Shown piece by piece: positions 34,700 to 36,120 of a DNA stretch of 36,120 nucleotides. Numbering within the stretch: the stretch's first letter is position 1; every line of letters starts with the position of its first letter. The DNA is from a virus (Duplodnaviria > Caudoviricetes). The translations under genes and the position numbers were made by a program. A model generated the notes under the pieces. It saw only the letters and a list, made by a program, of their open reading frames with translations. It was not told the origin of the DNA and did not search any database. The stretch spans positions 1 through 36,120 of IMG/VR virus record IMGVR_UViG_3300017700_000104; one strand, given 5' to 3'.

Positions 34700-34802
34700 A
34701 AAATAATTTAATAAAGTTGTTGACGTCGTTTAACTTTGAGTTATACTAACTTCACTGACACAGCAAATCCGCATAGTCAGGTAACAGCGAAGGAAAGCGA
34801 AA
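34684..34802 (+). promoter_or_regulatory. Promoter cassette copy B
   Basis: TAGGG-N5-ACCTA at 34684-98; TTGACG at 34720; TATACT at 34742 (16-nt spacer); CTGAC..GTCAG at 34755-80. Confidence 0.75.
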
Positions 34803-35066
34803 ATGGCAAAACAACTCACACTCAAACAAATCCGTTTAGGTCAGCTAATCGTGCGTGGTGAACACGCTGATCCGCAGGTCTACACGGTGGCCGCAATTCG
34901 GGGTCTCAACATTTATGTTGTGTGGTTTGAAGGTTCTCGTCGGTCTGGTCAGTGGACTGACTATGGTAGTTGCTACAAACCAACCCTTGAGCAGATTGAG
35001 TACAGCATTGCCGCCAACGGCAGGCTTGCATCGGGCCAAGACATCAAGGACTTGGATTTAGCCTAA
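34803..35066 (+). CDS. Hypothetical protein
   Basis: 87 aa after cassette B, AAGGA RBS. Confidence 0.7.
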   Translation: MAKQLTLKQIRLGQLIVRGEHADPQVYTVAAIRGLNIYVVWFEGSRRSGQWTDYGSCYKPTLEQIEYSIAANGRLASGQDIKDLDLA

Positions 35067-35073
35067 AACGATT

Positions 35074-35105
35074 GGGGCTACGGCCCCAGTTGTTTATGCT
35101 ACAAT
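35074..35105 (+). promoter_or_regulatory. GC hairpin followed by an extended -10 element
   Basis: GGGGC-TACG-GCCCC at 35074-87; TGcTACAAT at 35097-35105. Confidence 0.5.
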
Positions 35106-35136
35106 TAAACCATCAACAGCGAAAAGGAACAGCGAA

Positions 35137-35388
35137 ATGACAAACTACATTGCAGAAATCAAGGCCCGCGTGGCAGGCATACCCTGCATCATTGGCGTCA
35201 TCGAGTACGAGAGCACCGCAGGGTCCTACGACTACAACGCCCCCAGCGATTGGGACTATTACGGCCACAGCGAGAGCGAGTGGGAAGTGTGCGATCGTCG
35301 CGGTCGCCCTGCCCCTTGGTTGGCCAAAAAGCTGACAGACGAGGACGAGTCGGAGATCGAAAAACAAATTGCAAAATATTTCAACTGA
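35137..35388 (+). CDS. Conserved small phage protein
   Basis: GIPC.I.V...A.SD.DY.G...E.EV.DRRGR.A.WL.KK motif. Confidence 0.75.
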   Translation: MTNYIAEIKARVAGIPCIIGVIEYESTAGSYDYNAPSDWDYYGHSESEWEVCDRRGRPAPWLAKKLTDEDESEIEKQIAKYFN

Positions 35389-35398
35389 GGAGAGCACC

Positions 35399-35527
35399 AT
35401 GACACAGCAAGAATTCAATCGTTTAGTCACATTGGACATCCAGCGTTTGGTGGCCAAGGCCCAAGCAGAGTACGAGGCCGAAGTGGCCGAGGAGGAGGCA
35501 GCAGAGGACAGCGAGTCCGCAGAATGA
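35399..35527 (+). CDS. 42-aa acidic peptide (absent from the ORF track)
   Basis: GAGGAG RBS; MTQQEFNRLVTLDIQRLVAKAQAEYEAEVAEEEAAEDSESAE; ATGA overlap with the next gene. Confidence 0.6.
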   Translation: MTQQEFNRLVTLDIQRLVAKAQAEYEAEVAEEEAAEDSESAE

Positions 35528-35739
35528 GCGATCTGCCCACCTTCAGCGTGCATGAGCATATGGTCACTTACGAAAACCCGAAGGTGATCATCGATAGCCT
35601 TGTGTTATATCGCGAGGCCACCATTGAGGTCGATAGCAGCCACATGGGGCAAGAATTCTTGCTTCGTTTGATGTACCACATGGGCGAGGGCCATATCCGT
35701 GTGAAGGTGGCCAGAATCAAGGAGCAGCAGCATGGGTGA
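35524..35739 (+). CDS. Hypothetical protein
   Basis: 71-aa coupled ORF. Confidence 0.6.
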   Translation: MSDLPTFSVHEHMVTYENPKVIIDSLVLYREATIEVDSSHMGQEFLLRLMYHMGEGHIRVKVARIKEQQHG

Positions 35740-35962
35740 CTTTTCAGACGACTACGGCGGCTATGACATATTGGGGCTTTACGAGCAGCGCGACGAGGAC
35801 CGTAGAGCGCAGCGTGCCAAGCTGCTGACACCACCGCGCCGAGCATGGATAGGGCTGACTTATGAACAGGAAAGCGAGTTGATTAGGTTGGCACATAACC
35901 ACGCAGGCATACGCTTTTACATTCGAGCCGCAGAGGCCAAGCTTAAGGAGCTAAACACATGA
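35732..35962 (+). CDS. Hypothetical phage protein
   Basis: AAGGAG RBS; W.GLT.E and RA.EAKLKE.N motifs common in phage accessory genes. Confidence 0.7.
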   Translation: MGDFSDDYGGYDILGLYEQRDEDRRAQRAKLLTPPRRAWIGLTYEQESELIRLAHNHAGIRFYIRAAEAKLKELNT

Positions 35963-36120
35963 GCACAGAAGTAATGCGACAAGTAAGAAATGCACTTGTG
36001 TGGAACTTGAACACAGATTTAGACAACATTCCAGCCTGTGAGCAATGGGCAAATATGTTGCGAAAAAATATTGAAGATTTAGATAAGGCTATAGAAGAAG
36101 CAGAACAAAAGGAGAAGAAC
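35959..36120 (+). CDS. Hypothetical protein (5' partial, runs off the window)
   Basis: TAAGGAG RBS; MSTEVMRQVRNALVWNL... open to the window end. Confidence 0.6.
   Translation, partial: MSTEVMRQVRNALVWNLNTDLDNIPACEQWANMLRKNIEDLDKAIEEAEQKEKN

Noticed and set aside
35400-35410. TGACACAGCAA matching the leader hairpin 5' arm
   Set aside because: It is the start of a coding sequence (MTQQ) and lacks the GTCAG partner; probably chance.
1-36120. Stop-codon reassignment
   Set aside because: Genes tile densely under the standard code, with TAA, TGA and TAG all used as stops.

Overview
This 36.1-kb window is part of a tailed dsDNA phage (or prophage) genome with a podovirus-like layout, in the standard genetic code and densely packed with overlapping start/stop codons. 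Positions 1-25.4 kb (+) form a late operon: small basic head/core proteins, two adaptor-like proteins, three fibre-type proteins, a lysis cassette (3TM holin plus M15 peptidase), a nozzle-like protein, a ferritin-like 'metal-dependent hydrolase', and four ejection-type proteins, the last with a GH73 glucosaminidase domain. Positions 25.45-28.06 kb (-) form a recombination operon (PD-(D/E)XK exonuclease, wHTH protein, SSB-like protein). From 28.18 kb to the end (+) come a Cro/YdaS-like regulator, a DUF1376 initiator with internal iterons, a stand-alone primase Zn domain, an SF4 helicase, RusA, a Ref-like nuclease and many small accessory genes. No terminase, portal, capsid, integrase, CI repressor, reverse transcriptase, tRNA or CRISPR array is visible. 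The strongest unexplained signals are mostly non-coding: an AGCGAA motif bracketing the ribosome-binding sites of early genes, a duplicated promoter cassette with a conserved 5' leader RNA, a perfect H-type pseudoknot before the lysis region, and a three-hairpin element with an anti-SD loop. A diiron-type enzyme coupled into the virion operon also stands out. Family names come from motif recognition by eye, not database searches. A betaproteobacterial freshwater host is my impression only.
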